Shown piece after piece: positions 4,129 to 5,370 of a stretch of DNA of 5,370 nt. Location: IMG/VR virus record IMGVR_UViG_2703718775_000030; one strand, 5' to 3'. This DNA is from a virus (lineage: Duplodnaviria; Heunggongvirae; Uroviricota; Caudoviricetes). Made by a program: the position numbers and the translations under genes. The notes under the pieces were generated by a model. That model was not told the DNA's origin and ran no database searches. It saw only the letters and a program-made list of their open reading frames with translations. The first letter of the stretch is position 1, and every line of letters begins with the position of its first letter.

Positions 4129-5370
4129 CTACACGGCTCGGATACCCCTTTTACCACTGGCGAGGGTTACGCCCGTCGCCGCAGCCTCGACAAATTCGCC
4201 CCACCAGCGCATCAGCACGATGCGTTTTTCTATGTAGTTGCTCCGGTTGTATGCCCGTCTAACTTCGTTGGTGTCGACGTGGGCAAGTGCCGCCTCTATT
4301 ACGTCCGGCTCGAATCCTTCCTCGTTCGCTGCTGTGCTGAATATGGCGCGTAATCCATGAGACACCAGCACGCCAGCGAATCCCATACGCCGCAATGCTG
4401 CGTTAGCTGTCTGGCTGTTCATCGGCTGCTGTGGGTCTTTCAGACTTGGGAAAACGTAATTGCGGTGGTGGCTGATTGGTTTCATGGCCTCCAGCACCGC
4501 CATAGCCTGACCGGAAAGCGGGATAACGTGATCCCTGCGCATCTTCATGCGTCCGGCAGGTATCGTCCATTGCTTCGCGTCCAGGTTGATTTCATCCCAC
4601 CGCGTTGATGACGCTTCGGCGGGACGGGTTACGGTCAGTAACTGCCATTCAATCAGTAATCTGGTCTGCCGTTCTGTTGCCGATACTGATAAAGCCTGCA
4701 TAAGCTCGGGCAGCTGTTCGGGGCGGATTGTTGGCATATGTTTTTTTACAGGTGAGGGAAACGCCTTACGCACATTCATAGCCGGATTGGCATCAATCAG
4801 CCCACTGTTGGCGGCGTAATCCATTACCTCATTAACGCGCTGTAAAACCCGCTTGAGTGTTTCCAGGTTGCCGCGCTCCTTGATGGGGGTAAGCACTTCA
4901 ACGAACCTTCGGGCGGTGAGGGTATCTATTGGCGTGTTGCCGATGAACGGGAATACATATTTATCCAGCGAACGCCAGATGTCTTTAATCGTGTTGGGGG
5001 CCAGATTCTGGCTGATTTTCACCTGGTACCATGCCGCCGCCACATTTTCGAACGTGTTCCCTTGTCTTCGGGCCTCTGTCTCTCTTTTTTGCCTCTCGTG
5101 GTCCTGCGGGTCAGTTCCGGCACTGATTAACGTCCTGTACTCGCTACGGCGTTTTCTGGCATCAGCCAGGGAAACATCTTCAAGCGATCCAAAACTCAGC
5201 AATATTCTTTTTTTGTCCGATGGTCGGTAGTAGGAAAATCTCCAGAGTTTTGATCCAGACGGTTTGACCAGGAGAAAAAGCCCTCCGCCGTCCTGCAGGG
5301 TGTACTCCTTTTGCGCTGGTCTGGCTGCTTTGATCTGCACTGTGGTTAATGGGTGTGTTTTTCTCGCCAT
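4129..5370 (-). CDS. int: Tyrosine site-specific integrase, P4-family (IntA-like), 413 aa
   Basis: Full-length ORF with ATG at 5368..5370 (window edge) and TAG at 4129..4131. N-terminal region DGGGLFLLVKPSGSKLWRFSYY is typical of P4-type integrases. C-terminal catalytic region has HGLRAIF (H-x-x-R) and the Tyr-containing RRAYNRSNY. Confidence 0.95.
   Translation of the reverse strand: MARKTHPLTTVQIKAARPAQKEYTLQDGGGLFLLVKPSGSKLWRFSYYRPSDKKRILLSFGSLEDVSLADARKRRSEYRTLISAGTDPQDHERQKRETEARRQGNTFENVAAAWYQVKISQNLAPNTIKDIWRSLDKYVFPFIGNTPIDTLTARRFVEVLTPIKERGNLETLKRVLQRVNEVMDYAANSGLIDANPAMNVRKAFPSPVKKHMPTIRPEQLPELMQALSVSATERQTRLLIEWQLLTVTRPAEASSTRWDEINLDAKQWTIPAGRMKMRRDHVIPLSGQAMAVLEAMKPISHHRNYVFPSLKDPQQPMNSQTANAALRRMGFAGVLVSHGLRAIFSTAANEEGFEPDVIEAALAHVDTNEVRRAYNRSNYIEKRIVLMRWWGEFVEAAATGVTLASGKRGIRAV

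Noticed and set aside
3971-5230. Plus-strand ORFs antisense to the integrase (3971..4237, 4357..4608, 4547..4819, 4853..5230)
   Set aside because: They lie within or overlap the strongly supported integrase CDS on the opposite strand and have no independent support.
1-5370. Looked for CRISPR arrays, tRNA/tmRNA genes, IS elements and recognisable defence-system genes (restriction-modification, Abi, known toxin families)
   Set aside because: No regularly spaced direct repeats with spacers, no tRNA-like cloverleaf signatures (no GTTCGAATC-type T-arm in a non-coding context), no transposase-like ORF and no ORF with nuclease or methyltransferase motifs were seen by eye.

Overview
The window reads as the integrase-proximal part of a small integrative mobile element (P4-like satellite or PICI-like island organisation), with nearly everything encoded on the minus strand. 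At the right edge is a P4-family tyrosine integrase (4129..5370, start codon at the window boundary), followed by a poorly supported 83-aa ORF and an intrinsic terminator. At the left is a 465-aa replication protein (1..1398) with a RecA/DnaB-fold P-loop ATPase domain, preceded by a chain of small, translationally coupled genes of unknown function that includes two pairs of apparent paralogs. Between the two modules sits a 57-aa ribbon-helix-helix (Arc/Mnt-like) gene on the plus strand, which the ORF track missed. Its start region carries two copies of a 14-bp palindrome, 30 bp apart, overlapping a consensus promoter on the opposite strand that points into the replication operon; this is the most interesting feature and looks like the element's genetic switch. 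No rRNA, tRNA, CRISPR array or transposase was seen. A 19-nt N run interrupts one small gene. All family assignments rest on motifs read by eye; no database search or alignment was run.
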